The position numbers and the translations under genes were made by a program. A model generated the notes under the pieces. That model saw only the letters and a program-made list of their open reading frames with translations, was not told where the DNA came from and ran no database searches. DNA of 64,000 bases. Origin: an uncultured Eubacteriales bacterium. GTDB lineage: Bacteria > Bacillota > Clostridia > Lachnospirales > Lachnospiraceae. Every line of letters starts with the position of its first letter. Within the stretch, counting starts at the first letter, position 1. The stretch spans positions 4,193 to 68,192 of the forward strand of contig CASGAH010000001.1 of the NCBI GenBank assembly GCA_949299375.1, in the 5' to 3' direction. Positions 22,200 to 30,064 of the stretch are shown here, one piece after another.

Positions 22200-23210
22200 T
22201 CAGAACTTTCCGGCTTTTGCTGCCTCTTCGATGGAAACGGCAACGGCAACGGTCATACCTACCATCGGGTTGTTTCCTGCTCCGATCAGACCCATCATTT
22301 CTACATGGGCAGGAACAGAGGAGGAACCTGCAAACTGTGCATCAGAGTGCATCCGTCCCAGTGTATCCGTCATTCCGTAGGAAGCCGGTCCTGCTGCCAT
22401 ATTGTCCGGATGAAGGGTACGGCCTGTACCGCCGCCGGAAGCAACGGAGAAGTATTTCTTTCCGGCTTCCAGACGCTCTTTCTTGTATGTACCTGCAACC
22501 GGATGCTGGAATCTTGTCGGGTTGGTGGAGTTACCTGTGATGGAAACGTCTACATTTTCTTTCCACATGATTGCAACACCTTCCGGAACGCTATTTGCAC
22601 CGTAGCAGTTTACTTTGGCGCGAAGTCCGGTGGAGTATGATTTGCGGAATACTTCTTTTACTTCGTTGGTATATGGGTCATACTCGGTTTCTACGTGTGT
22701 GAATCCGTTGATTCGGGAAATGATCTGTGCAGCATCTTTGCCAAGACCATTCAAAATAACACGGAGCGGTTTCTGACGAACTTTATTTGCCTTCTCTGCA
22801 ATTCCGATTGCACCTTCTGCAGCGGCAAAGGACTCGTGACCAGCCAAGAAGCAGAAGCAGTCAGTCTCTTCTTCCAGAAGCATCTTTCCTAAGTTTCCGT
22901 GTCCCAAACCTACTTTACGGGTATCCGCAACGGATCCCGGGATACAGAACGCCTGCAGACCTTCGCCAATTGCAGCCGCTGCATCGGCAGCTTTGCGGCA
23001 TCCCTTCTTGATGGCGATCGCTGCGCCAACGATGTAAGCCCAGCAAGCATTTTCAAAACAGATTGGCTGAATTCCCTTGATCTGAGCGTAAACGTCCAGT
23101 CCGGCATCTTTTGTGATCTTTTCTGCCTCCTCAAGAGAAGCGATGCCATAGCTGTTCAATACAGCGGTGATTTTGTCAATTCTTCTTTCATAAGATTCAA
23201 ATAAAGCCAT
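22200..23210 (-). CDS. GGGtGRT-family protein (function unknown)
   Basis: 336-aa ORF containing the eponymous ASGGGTGRTLHPDNMAAGPASYGMTD motif. Confidence 0.8.
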   Translation of the reverse strand: MALFESYERRIDKITAVLNSYGIASLEEAEKITKDAGLDVYAQIKGIQPICFENACWAYIVGAAIAIKKGCRKAADAAAAIGEGLQAFCIPGSVADTRKVGLGHGNLGKMLLEEETDCFCFLAGHESFAAAEGAIGIAEKANKVRQKPLRVILNGLGKDAAQIISRINGFTHVETEYDPYTNEVKEVFRKSYSTGLRAKVNCYGANSVPEGVAIMWKENVDVSITGNSTNPTRFQHPVAGTYKKERLEAGKKYFSVASGGGTGRTLHPDNMAAGPASYGMTDTLGRMHSDAQFAGSSSVPAHVEMMGLIGAGNNPMVGMTVAVAVSIEEAAKAGKF

Positions 23211-23228
23211 TTCTTGTTACCTCCTCAA

Positions 23229-23921
23229 TTACTCTTTACGCGGATCAATGATTTTTACCGCATCTGCCACACGGCCATACTGTCCTTTTGCCTTCTCCCA
23301 AGCGGTGTTCGGATCGTCACCTTTTTTGATGAAGTCGGTCATCTTTCCAAGGGAAACAAACTGATAGCCAATAATCATGTCATCCTCGTCCAGAGCAATG
23401 CCGGTTACATATCCTTCTGCCATTTCCAGATAACGAGGTCCCTTCTTCAAAGTTCCATACATTGTACCAACCTGAGAGCGGAGTCCCTTTCCAAGGTCTT
23501 CCAGTCCTGCGCCGATCGGAAGTCCATCTTCAGAGAATGCAGACTGGGAACGGCCATATACAATCTGCAGGAACAATTCTCTCATTGCGGTATTGATGGC
23601 ATCACATACAAGGTCCGTGTTCAATGCTTCCATTACCGTTAATCCCGGCAAAATCTCAGAAGCCATCGCTGCGGAGTGGGTCATACCAGAACATCCGATT
23701 GTCTCAACCAATGCTTCCTGGATAATTCCTTCCTTCACATTCAGGGTCAGTTTGCAGGCGCCCTGCTGCGGAGCACACCACCCGATTCCATGTGTTAAAG
23801 CGGAAATATCCTTCACTTCTTTTACCGGCACCCATTTTGCTTCTTCCGGGATCGGCGCAGCGCCGTGATGAACGCCCTGCGCTACTGGACACATTTCTAA
23901 TACTTCATGTGAATAAATCAT
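23229..23921 (-). CDS. NifU/IscU-N-terminal-like iron-sulfur scaffold-type protein
   Basis: 230-aa ORF with a Cys-containing IscU-like core (GWCAPQQGACKLTLNV...ETIGCSGMTHSAAMASE). Lies 18 nt upstream of the GGGtGRT gene. Confidence 0.65.
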   Translation of the reverse strand: MIYSHEVLEMCPVAQGVHHGAAPIPEEAKWVPVKEVKDISALTHGIGWCAPQQGACKLTLNVKEGIIQEALVETIGCSGMTHSAAMASEILPGLTVMEALNTDLVCDAINTAMRELFLQIVYGRSQSAFSEDGLPIGAGLEDLGKGLRSQVGTMYGTLKKGPRYLEMAEGYVTGIALDEDDMIIGYQFVSLGKMTDFIKKGDDPNTAWEKAKGQYGRVADAVKIIDPRKE

Positions 23922-24173
23922 TTTCTAACTCCTTTCAACTATGTGAAATACTTTCTGAGAAGGTGAAAAACAGCACTGTCCCCCGATCCGATGACCCGGA
24001 GGTGAAGGCCCTCCCGACAGCTCTGTTTCGTCTTCCTCATACTCCTTTTATTTTCTCACAAAATTCCAGTTTCGTCTAGTCTTTTTTCGTAAAATCTTTA
24101 AAAAAGTGTGGAAAACAAGGGACTTTTCCACTTTTTTACGCCTTTCCACAGATTTCCTCCCCTTCCCCTGCAA

Positions 24174-24200
24174 AGAAAAAAGGGAGGTCTGTCCCTCCCT
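24174..24200 (-). terminator. intrinsic terminator ending the exporter operon
   Basis: Minus strand reads AGGGAGG-GACAGA-CCTCCCT followed by TTTTTT. Confidence 0.7.
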
Positions 24201-24212
24201 GTCGCTGTCTTT

Positions 24213-24350
24213 TTAGCTTTTTTGTTTTTGGATCATCTCCCAGATCAAATCGTGCATCCATGCGATCGTTTCATTTAGTTTTTTGTTCTCCTCCCGCAGT
24301 GCATTCAGCTGCGCCTCCAGTTCTTCGATTGTCTTCTGCTCGTCTCCCAT
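24213..24350 (-). CDS. 45-aa coiled-coil-like small protein (hypothetical)
   Basis: Own translation: GAGGGGGG RBS, ATG at 24350, MGDEQKTIEELEAQLNALREENKKLNETIAWMHDLIWEMIQKQKS, TAA at 24215..24213. A terminator follows. Below the ORF-track size cut-off. Confidence 0.45.
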   Translation of the reverse strand: MGDEQKTIEELEAQLNALREENKKLNETIAWMHDLIWEMIQKQKS

Positions 24351-24402
24351 TTTGATCCCCCCTCGTCGGGAGAGCAAACGGACCGCCTCCAAAAATCCCG
24401 GA

Positions 24403-24942
24403 TCATTTGATATACCCCTGGAGGTACGTCATGACCCTTTGCGTCCCCGCCAGGATTCTTGCCTCGCAGCGCATTTCTTTTTGCAGCGGAACTTCTTTTC
24501 CATTTCTCCCCGTCATCGAACTCGTATTCAGACGTATTTTTGCCGTATAATACCCCTGCCCATTCTCATCCAGTGAAAGATTGGGGGAAATCTCCACAAG
24601 CGTCCCATAGGCATATCCGTACTCGGAAGAGGGAAGCGCCTCCACAGAAAAGATGACCTCCATTCCAGGCTCAATCCACTGAATCTCACTGCTTGACACG
24701 CTCATTTGGGCCCAGAGCGTCTCTTCTTCCGCCAATCTCCCGTCCGCGTCCTGCGCTTCCAGAAACGTAGTGGCATTTCCCTCCACGACGAGATTGATCT
24801 GCCCTGTGTAAACCCAGACAAAGCAGAGGACGCAGATGACAAACACGGCATACAAAAATGCCACACAGACAACGGGAGGGCGGCTATGGTACAACTCCCG
24901 GCTGTCGCTCATCTGAGACATTTCCACAATCATTGTACGCAT
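24403..24942 (-). CDS. short HlyD/membrane-fusion-like protein (TM plus C-terminal beta-barrel part only)
   Basis: The distal part of ORF 24403..25395. AAAGGAG-N7-ATG at 24942 gives MRTMIVEMSQ..., a TM segment (VCVAFLYAVFVICVLCFVWVY), then an HlyD C-terminal-like region (WIEPGMEVIFSV...YGYAYGTLVEISPN...YYTAKIRL). Confidence 0.6.
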   Translation of the reverse strand: MRTMIVEMSQMSDSRELYHSRPPVVCVAFLYAVFVICVLCFVWVYTGQINLVVEGNATTFLEAQDADGRLAEEETLWAQMSVSSSEIQWIEPGMEVIFSVEALPSSEYGYAYGTLVEISPNLSLDENGQGYYTAKIRLNTSSMTGRNGKEVPLQKEMRCEARILAGTQRVMTYLQGYIK

Positions 24943-25011
24943 AGCTGCACTCCTTTCGATTGACATCTGTTTTCTTCTTTCCCGAAGCCGTTCTTCTTTC
25001 GTCCTTCGCTT

Positions 25012-25259
25012 TCTTTTGTATCGTCCTGATTGTTTTTTCTCTTGTATCTTTGATTTTCTCTTTTGCAGCTCTACTATTTTTCTTTTGTATTTTTCTTTTT
25101 TCTCTTTTGTGTTTTCGCGCTTTTCTTTTGTATTCGTTTTCTTTTCTTCTGTTTTTTGAATCTTCTCTTTGGTAATGCCTTCGTTTTCTTTTGTTTTTTT
25201 ATGTCTTTTCTTTTGTACTTCTTCTTTTTTCTTTTGTACTGTCGGATTTCTCTTTTGTA
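25012..25259. repeat. array of 12 degenerate direct repeats phased at 21-22 bp (core TCTTTTGTA on +, TACAAAAGA on -)
   Basis: Core 9-mers start at 25012, 25038, 25059, 25081, 25103, 25124, 25145, 25166, 25187, 25209, 25230 and 25251. Spacings are 26, 21, 22, 22, 21, 21, 21, 21, 22, 21, 21. The tract is strongly polypyrimidine on + and lies between the ABC stop (25266) and the RBS/ATG of the next gene. Confidence 0.85.
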
Positions 25260-25265
25260 TGTTCC

Positions 25266-27476
25266 CTACGCCTCTGCAAAATTTTCTTCTGCCAGCCCTG
25301 TCTGCTGTTTCCACATCAGAAAATATTTTCCTTTTGCGCGGATCAGCTGCTGGTGCGTTCCATATTCCACAATCTTCCCATGGTCCATCACACAAATATG
25401 GTCACAGCGAAGAATGGTGCTGAGCCGATGGGCAATGATAATGCAGGTCATATTCTGCGATGCCTCATCAATGGCCTTCTGAACCGCCTGCTCTGTCATC
25501 GAGTCCAGGCTGCTTGTCGCTTCATCCAGAATCAGAATGTCCGGTTTTTTCAGCAGCGCTCTGGCAATCGCCAGTCTCTGCCTCTGGCCCCCGGACAGGT
25601 TAGATCCATTTTCCTCCAATTTCGTCTCATAGCGGGCCGGAAGTTCATTGATAAACTCATGGGCATGTACCTGTTTGCAGACACGAATGACCTCCTCTAC
25701 CGAATATTGCTCCAGTCCAAGGGTGAGATTTTCAATGATATTTCCGGAAAACAAGTGCGTCTCCTGCGGAACGTATCCGATTCGGTTTCGCAGCGCCTCC
25801 TTCTGAATGTCCTCCACATTGTTGTCGTTGATCAGAATATTGCCCGTCTCCGGAGGATAAAATTGAAGAAGCAGCTTCACCAGCGTCGTTTTTCCGGATC
25901 CGCTCTCCCCGACAAGGGCGAGCTTTTCTCCTCTGTGAAGCGTCAGGCAAATGTCGTCAAGGCACAATGCCCTGCTTCCATAGCGGAAAGAGACATGGTC
26001 AAACACGACATCCCCCTCCAGTTTCCGGGGAATGATCCGGTATTCTTCCTCCTCCACTTCCTCCTCCGGCAGCGCCATGACTTCCTGGAGCCGCTCCATC
26101 GCAACAACAGCCGTCTGCAGCTTCTGCTGGAGGTTCAGAAGATTCATGACAGGTTTTAGAAAATACGAGAGCAGCGAATAAAATACAAGCAGGTTGCCCG
26201 CCTCCATTTCCCCTTTCATGACAAAGTAGGCACCGGCGGACAGGATCCCATTCGTTCCCAAAAGCTGCACTGCCATTTTCAGCGTTTCCTGTATGTTCCC
26301 GGCTACACCGAGCTGAAAAACCCGTTTCAGCAGGGAGACAAACCGAAACTCGGTCTGCATATCCACTTTCTGTTCCCCGCCAAACGCTTTGATCGTCTGA
26401 ATGCCGTTTAGCGTCTCCACCATGTAGGATGTCAAAAGGGCATTGTCCTCCATCTGCTTTTCATTCAGTCTGCGGTATTTCCCCCGAAACGCGTACACAA
26501 TCCCCGCATACAGCACAATCATCCATCCCGTCATGAAGGCCATTTTCCGGTTCTGCACGACCAGCAGGGCAAATCCGCCTGCCGCCATAATGCTGTCAAT
26601 CAAAATTGTCATGGCCGCGCTGGAAATGGCCTCCCGAACTTTCGAGGCATCCTGAAAGCGGGAAATGATTTCCCCCATTCTTCGTGTTCCAAAAAAATCC
26701 ATCGGAAGACGCAGCACATGGCTGTAATACCCAAGAAGCAGCGAGATGTCCAGCTTCTGACTCAGATAGAGAAGCATCTGGCTGCGGATTGCACCCATCA
26801 CACAGTAGAACAGATACAGGCACAGCATTCCACTCGCCACAAAATACAATGTCTCATAGGACAGGTCCGGAATGATGTCATGAAACAAAATTTTGAAGTA
26901 GTATGCTCCTCCAATTCCAAAGACAGAGTAGGCAAACGATGCCATCACAATGTACCAGAGAAGCCGCTTCTGGGGCTTCATCAGCATCCAGATCTGCCTT
27001 CCAATCTTCTCTTTTTGAGAACCCTTGTGAAAGTTTTGCCCCGGAACGAGAAAAATGAGCACTCCTGTCCATCGGTAAACGACATCATCCTCGTTTTTTC
27101 GGGTTCCTCCGAAAAATTCGCGGGGCGACAGCGTCACAATCCCCTTTGCCGGATCCGCAATGGTAATCTTCTTCCGGGTGATTCTGTGAATGACAACATA
27201 GTGCATCAGCGTCTGATTGACAATGACATGCGCCACACAGGGAAGCGGAAACTCCATAAAAAACGCTTCCTCATCCCCCTTGACGCCCTTGGCCGAAAAT
27301 CCAAGCTTCTCCGCCGCACGAATCATCCCGGCGACATTGGTTCCCTGGCGGTCCGTCCCCGCAATGGTGCGTATCTTGGAGATGGGAATATTCAGGCCAT
27401 ACTGGCGTGAGATCGTCGCAAGACAGGCTGGCCCGCAGTCGGTGATGTCATGCTGTTTGTAGCAGTACAGTTTCAT
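25266..27476 (-). CDS. peptide-cleaving/export ABC transporter with N-terminal C39 peptidase domain (ComA/LagD type)
   Basis: 736-aa ORF with a C39 catalytic Cys context (QHDITDCGPACLATIS) and His (MHYVVIH), six-TM region, Walker A (GESGSGKTT), LSGGQRQR, and ILILDEATS. Confidence 0.9.
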   Translation of the reverse strand: MKLYCYKQHDITDCGPACLATISRQYGLNIPISKIRTIAGTDRQGTNVAGMIRAAEKLGFSAKGVKGDEEAFFMEFPLPCVAHVIVNQTLMHYVVIHRITRKKITIADPAKGIVTLSPREFFGGTRKNEDDVVYRWTGVLIFLVPGQNFHKGSQKEKIGRQIWMLMKPQKRLLWYIVMASFAYSVFGIGGAYYFKILFHDIIPDLSYETLYFVASGMLCLYLFYCVMGAIRSQMLLYLSQKLDISLLLGYYSHVLRLPMDFFGTRRMGEIISRFQDASKVREAISSAAMTILIDSIMAAGGFALLVVQNRKMAFMTGWMIVLYAGIVYAFRGKYRRLNEKQMEDNALLTSYMVETLNGIQTIKAFGGEQKVDMQTEFRFVSLLKRVFQLGVAGNIQETLKMAVQLLGTNGILSAGAYFVMKGEMEAGNLLVFYSLLSYFLKPVMNLLNLQQKLQTAVVAMERLQEVMALPEEEVEEEEYRIIPRKLEGDVVFDHVSFRYGSRALCLDDICLTLHRGEKLALVGESGSGKTTLVKLLLQFYPPETGNILINDNNVEDIQKEALRNRIGYVPQETHLFSGNIIENLTLGLEQYSVEEVIRVCKQVHAHEFINELPARYETKLEENGSNLSGGQRQRLAIARALLKKPDILILDEATSSLDSMTEQAVQKAIDEASQNMTCIIIAHRLSTILRCDHICVMDHGKIVEYGTHQQLIRAKGKYFLMWKQQTGLAEENFAEA

Positions 27477-27486
27477 TCAGGACGAA

Positions 27487-27627
27487 TCACGGGAGTAATG
27501 GTCTGTGATCCGGGTCGTCCAAACCAAGCAGATGCCCAAGCCAATTAATTACGGACATGAGGAAATCATCTATTCCGCCATTGATCGCCTCTTTTTCCTG
27601 ATTGTTTAATTCCACAAAATTTGACAT
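27487..27627 (-). CDS. double-glycine-leader peptide precursor (pheromone or bacteriocin-like), 46 aa
   Basis: Own translation: AGGAGGTGAAAAGA-ATG (27627), MSNFVELNNQEKEAINGG / IDDFLMSVINWLGHLLGLDDPDHRPLLP, TGA at 27489..27487. The leader fits L(-12) E(-8) I(-4) G(-2) G(-1). Ends 10 nt upstream of the C39 exporter. Too short for the ORF track. Confidence 0.75.
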   Translation of the reverse strand: MSNFVELNNQEKEAINGGIDDFLMSVINWLGHLLGLDDPDHRPLLP

Positions 27628-27644
27628 TCTTTTCACCTCCTGCC

Positions 27645-27673
27645 TTTACACTACCATTTTCGCATGATATAAT
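27645..27673 (+). promoter_or_regulatory. candidate promoter of the histidine kinase gene
   Basis: TTTACA (27645..27650), 17-nt spacer, TGaTATAAT (27665..27673). Overlaps the 5' UTR of the divergent peptide gene. Confidence 0.5.
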
Positions 27674-27725
27674 CAATCCATCTGTGGTGATTGGCAGGAA
27701 AGTTGTGCTATTTGGAGAGATCAAA

Positions 27726-29024
27726 ATGACGCCTTTTTTGATAACTGTTGTACGAATTGTAAATGAACTGCTGATATTTTGTATATTTTTAAGATATGTA
27801 AAGTCCAACGCAAACTTTCATCACTGTGAATATTATTTTCGTTTTCTTGTAACTATTCTAATCATTGCTATCAAGACGTCCCCCTACACTTCCTATTTTG
27901 ACATTTTTAGCTATCTACTGTACTATTGCTATCTGATTTTTCTTTCAAATAAGACGTTTCTATCTTCCTCCTGGCTTTACATTAAGTTTGCATCTGGAAT
28001 ATCTTTTTGGGTTGTAGTCGCACATCTTTGTTTTAGTATTACTTTCAACTGGCCAGTACTATATAACAACGCGCTCTACAAATCTCTCACCAATATGGCC
28101 ATCTATCTCTTGATCTATATGTTTCTCTCTCTGTTTATTGCCCCGCCGAACAGGAAAGGACCCCCTTTTATGAAATCCAACAAGATCTTTTTGCTCGCTC
28201 TGTTCCTCGTATCGACCGCCCTTCTCTGTTTTGCCGCTTATCTGTACAATCCAAAGGAATCTTCTGTCAACACTTCTCTTTTGGTATTTCTCCTGATTGT
28301 CCTGTCCATTCTCATCTTTTCTCTCATTCTCTGTCTCTCCTCCCGCTTTTTGGAGGAGGAGGAAAAGCGCCATCTTCTTGAACAGCGGCTGCAAAAGCAG
28401 GAGCTGGATCTGGCCTACTACGAAGATGTGTCCAATGCGCTGCGGCAAGTGTCGAAGCTGCGCCATGATTTCAAAAATCACCTGATTATCCTTTCCAATT
28501 ATGTGGAAAATGGTCAGCCGGAGCTTGCCCTCCACTACATTCACCGCATCTCGGATTTGAGCCGCACTGCAGTGGAAGGTGTTTTTACCAACAACAATAC
28601 CGTTTCCGCTGTTTTAAACATCAAACAGCGCGAATGTCAAGAGCGGAACATTCCGTTCTACACAAGGCTTTCTTTTCCCCAGATTTATCTGCTGGAGGAC
28701 GTTCACATTGTCGCCATTCTCGGAAATCTGCTGGACAATGCCATTCAGGCGACGGAGAAATTGGCAGAGTCGCAGCGGCGCATCTGCCTTTCCATCCTGC
28801 AGATCGATACGTATCTGGACATTTCGTGTGAGAATTCATTTGACGGAGTGCTCCGCACCGGAAAGCACGGAGAGCTTCTGACGACAAAGAAAGGAAACCA
28901 CAGATCTCACGGATTCGGCATTCCAAGCATCCGCGACACGGTGGAGCAGTATGGCGGTAAATTTACGCTTTCCTACAGCGATTCTGTTTTTACCGTCCAT
29001 ATTGTTGTGCCCAATCACGACTGA
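27726..29024 (+). CDS. AgrC/ComD-like (HPK10-type) sensor histidine kinase
   Basis: ORF 27621..29024. Start at MTPFLITVV (27726) with a GGAGAG RBS. Polytopic N-terminal sensor. H-box (KLRHDFKNHL), N-box (LGNLLDNAIQA), and G-box (SHGFGIPSIRDTVEQYGG). Confidence 0.85.
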   Translation: MTPFLITVVRIVNELLIFCIFLRYVKSNANFHHCEYYFRFLVTILIIAIKTSPYTSYFDIFSYLLYYCYLIFLSNKTFLSSSWLYIKFASGISFWVVVAHLCFSITFNWPVLYNNALYKSLTNMAIYLLIYMFLSLFIAPPNRKGPPFMKSNKIFLLALFLVSTALLCFAAYLYNPKESSVNTSLLVFLLIVLSILIFSLILCLSSRFLEEEEKRHLLEQRLQKQELDLAYYEDVSNALRQVSKLRHDFKNHLIILSNYVENGQPELALHYIHRISDLSRTAVEGVFTNNNTVSAVLNIKQRECQERNIPFYTRLSFPQIYLLEDVHIVAILGNLLDNAIQATEKLAESQRRICLSILQIDTYLDISCENSFDGVLRTGKHGELLTTKKGNHRSHGFGIPSIRDTVEQYGGKFTLSYSDSVFTVHIVVPNHD

Positions 29025-29033
29025 TTCTGCATA

Positions 29034-29822
29034 CTACTTTGCCGGATAAAATTGCATGCTCTCCTCAAGAAGTTTGCGCTCTCTGGCATGATTGACCCGC
29101 TCCATCATTCTTTGCCGCAGCTGCGCGTAATATTTCCTGCTCATCGGAACTTCCATATGGCTGGAAAAGCAGACCTGATTCTGCCGAATGGATTTCACGC
29201 GATTGAAGTTGATGATATACCCCTGGTGGCAATATACGAACCGGGGATGATCCAGATGTTCATAGATTTGTGAGAGCGTGTCATAGCAGGCGTATTCGCC
29301 ATCCACCGTATGAATGATGCACTGATTTCGCCGCTTTTCGATGTAGTAGATGCCGCTGATCTCAATGGAGATCTCTCTGTAGTTGACCATGACAGTGAGA
29401 TAACGGCTGTCTGCGGTAAAGCGGTCATACAGGTAATCCACATCAATGATCGCCTTTGCCATCCTCGCTTTCAGCTGAACATATTCCACCGGCTTCACAA
29501 GATATCCCACTGCGTCCACATCAAAGGCGTCGATGGCATACGAGGGATAATTGGTGACAAAAATGATGCTCACCATTTTGTCCGTCTTGCGGATTTCTTT
29601 GGCTGCCTCTGCTCCATTGATGGAGCCCATCTCTACGTCCAGAATCAAAATCTGAAACGGATGCATTCCTTCTCTGTACAGTTTCAAAAGCTCCTCTGCG
29701 CTTCCAAATTCCTGAATCGACAATTGATTGGCACTCTCGCTCTGATATGCGGTAAACATTTCAACGATTCTCCTGCGAAATTCCGGTTCATCATCTACAA
29801 CTGCAACGGAATATGAATACAT
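29034..29822 (-). CDS. LytTR-family response regulator
   Basis: ORF 29034..29837. Start at MYSYSVAVVDDE with GGAGG-N8. Receiver domain (ILILDVEM) plus a C-terminal LytTR domain (IYYIEKRRNQCIIHT...CHQGYIINFNRV). Confidence 0.9.
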   Translation of the reverse strand: MYSYSVAVVDDEPEFRRRIVEMFTAYQSESANQLSIQEFGSAEELLKLYREGMHPFQILILDVEMGSINGAEAAKEIRKTDKMVSIIFVTNYPSYAIDAFDVDAVGYLVKPVEYVQLKARMAKAIIDVDYLYDRFTADSRYLTVMVNYREISIEISGIYYIEKRRNQCIIHTVDGEYACYDTLSQIYEHLDHPRFVYCHQGYIINFNRVKSIRQNQVCFSSHMEVPMSRKYYAQLRQRMMERVNHARERKLLEESMQFYPAK

Positions 29823-30064
29823 AAAACTATCCTCCATTTCTCTTGCAAAAGGAATTCTATAAAATCTCCTCTAGTACCCTTTACAGGATATAGTCTACCA
29901 TGTTTCCAATTAAAGTCAATTAGATCATGCTCTTTTGATTTGAAATTATGGTGTTTTGACCGGAAAAACAGCCGGAAATCGCCCTCCGGGCGTATCACAT
30001 AGACGAAGCGCGGTGTAACCCGCTTTGCGAAGTTACGCCGCGCCTTGTAAGCACTTCACATCAT

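Noticed and set aside
25012-25259. Repeat array as a CRISPR array
   Set aside because: The units are only 21-22 bp in total with a 9-bp core and no unique spacers of CRISPR length. There are no cas genes.
24403-25395. Full 330-aa ORF as a Lys-rich N-terminally extended HlyD protein
   Set aside because: Its ATG lies 130 nt inside the ABC transporter gene. There is no in-frame ATG, GTG or TTG between the ABC stop and 24966. A strong AAAGGAG-N7-ATG sits at 24942. Openness of all frames is expected in a polypurine tract. The question is kept open only as an alternative hypothesis in the repeat finding.
27566-27808. 80-aa minus-strand ORF overlapping the peptide/kinase intergenic region
   Set aside because: It is in a different frame from the RBS-preceded GG-leader ORF, overlaps the kinase start, and has no recognisable features.
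29795-29998. 67-aa minus-strand ORF upstream of the LytTR gene as an extra peptide or bacteriocin gene
   Set aside because: It overlaps the regulator start and its likely promoter (TTGACT-16-TAGACT). It has no RBS, no GG leader and no hydrophobic segment.
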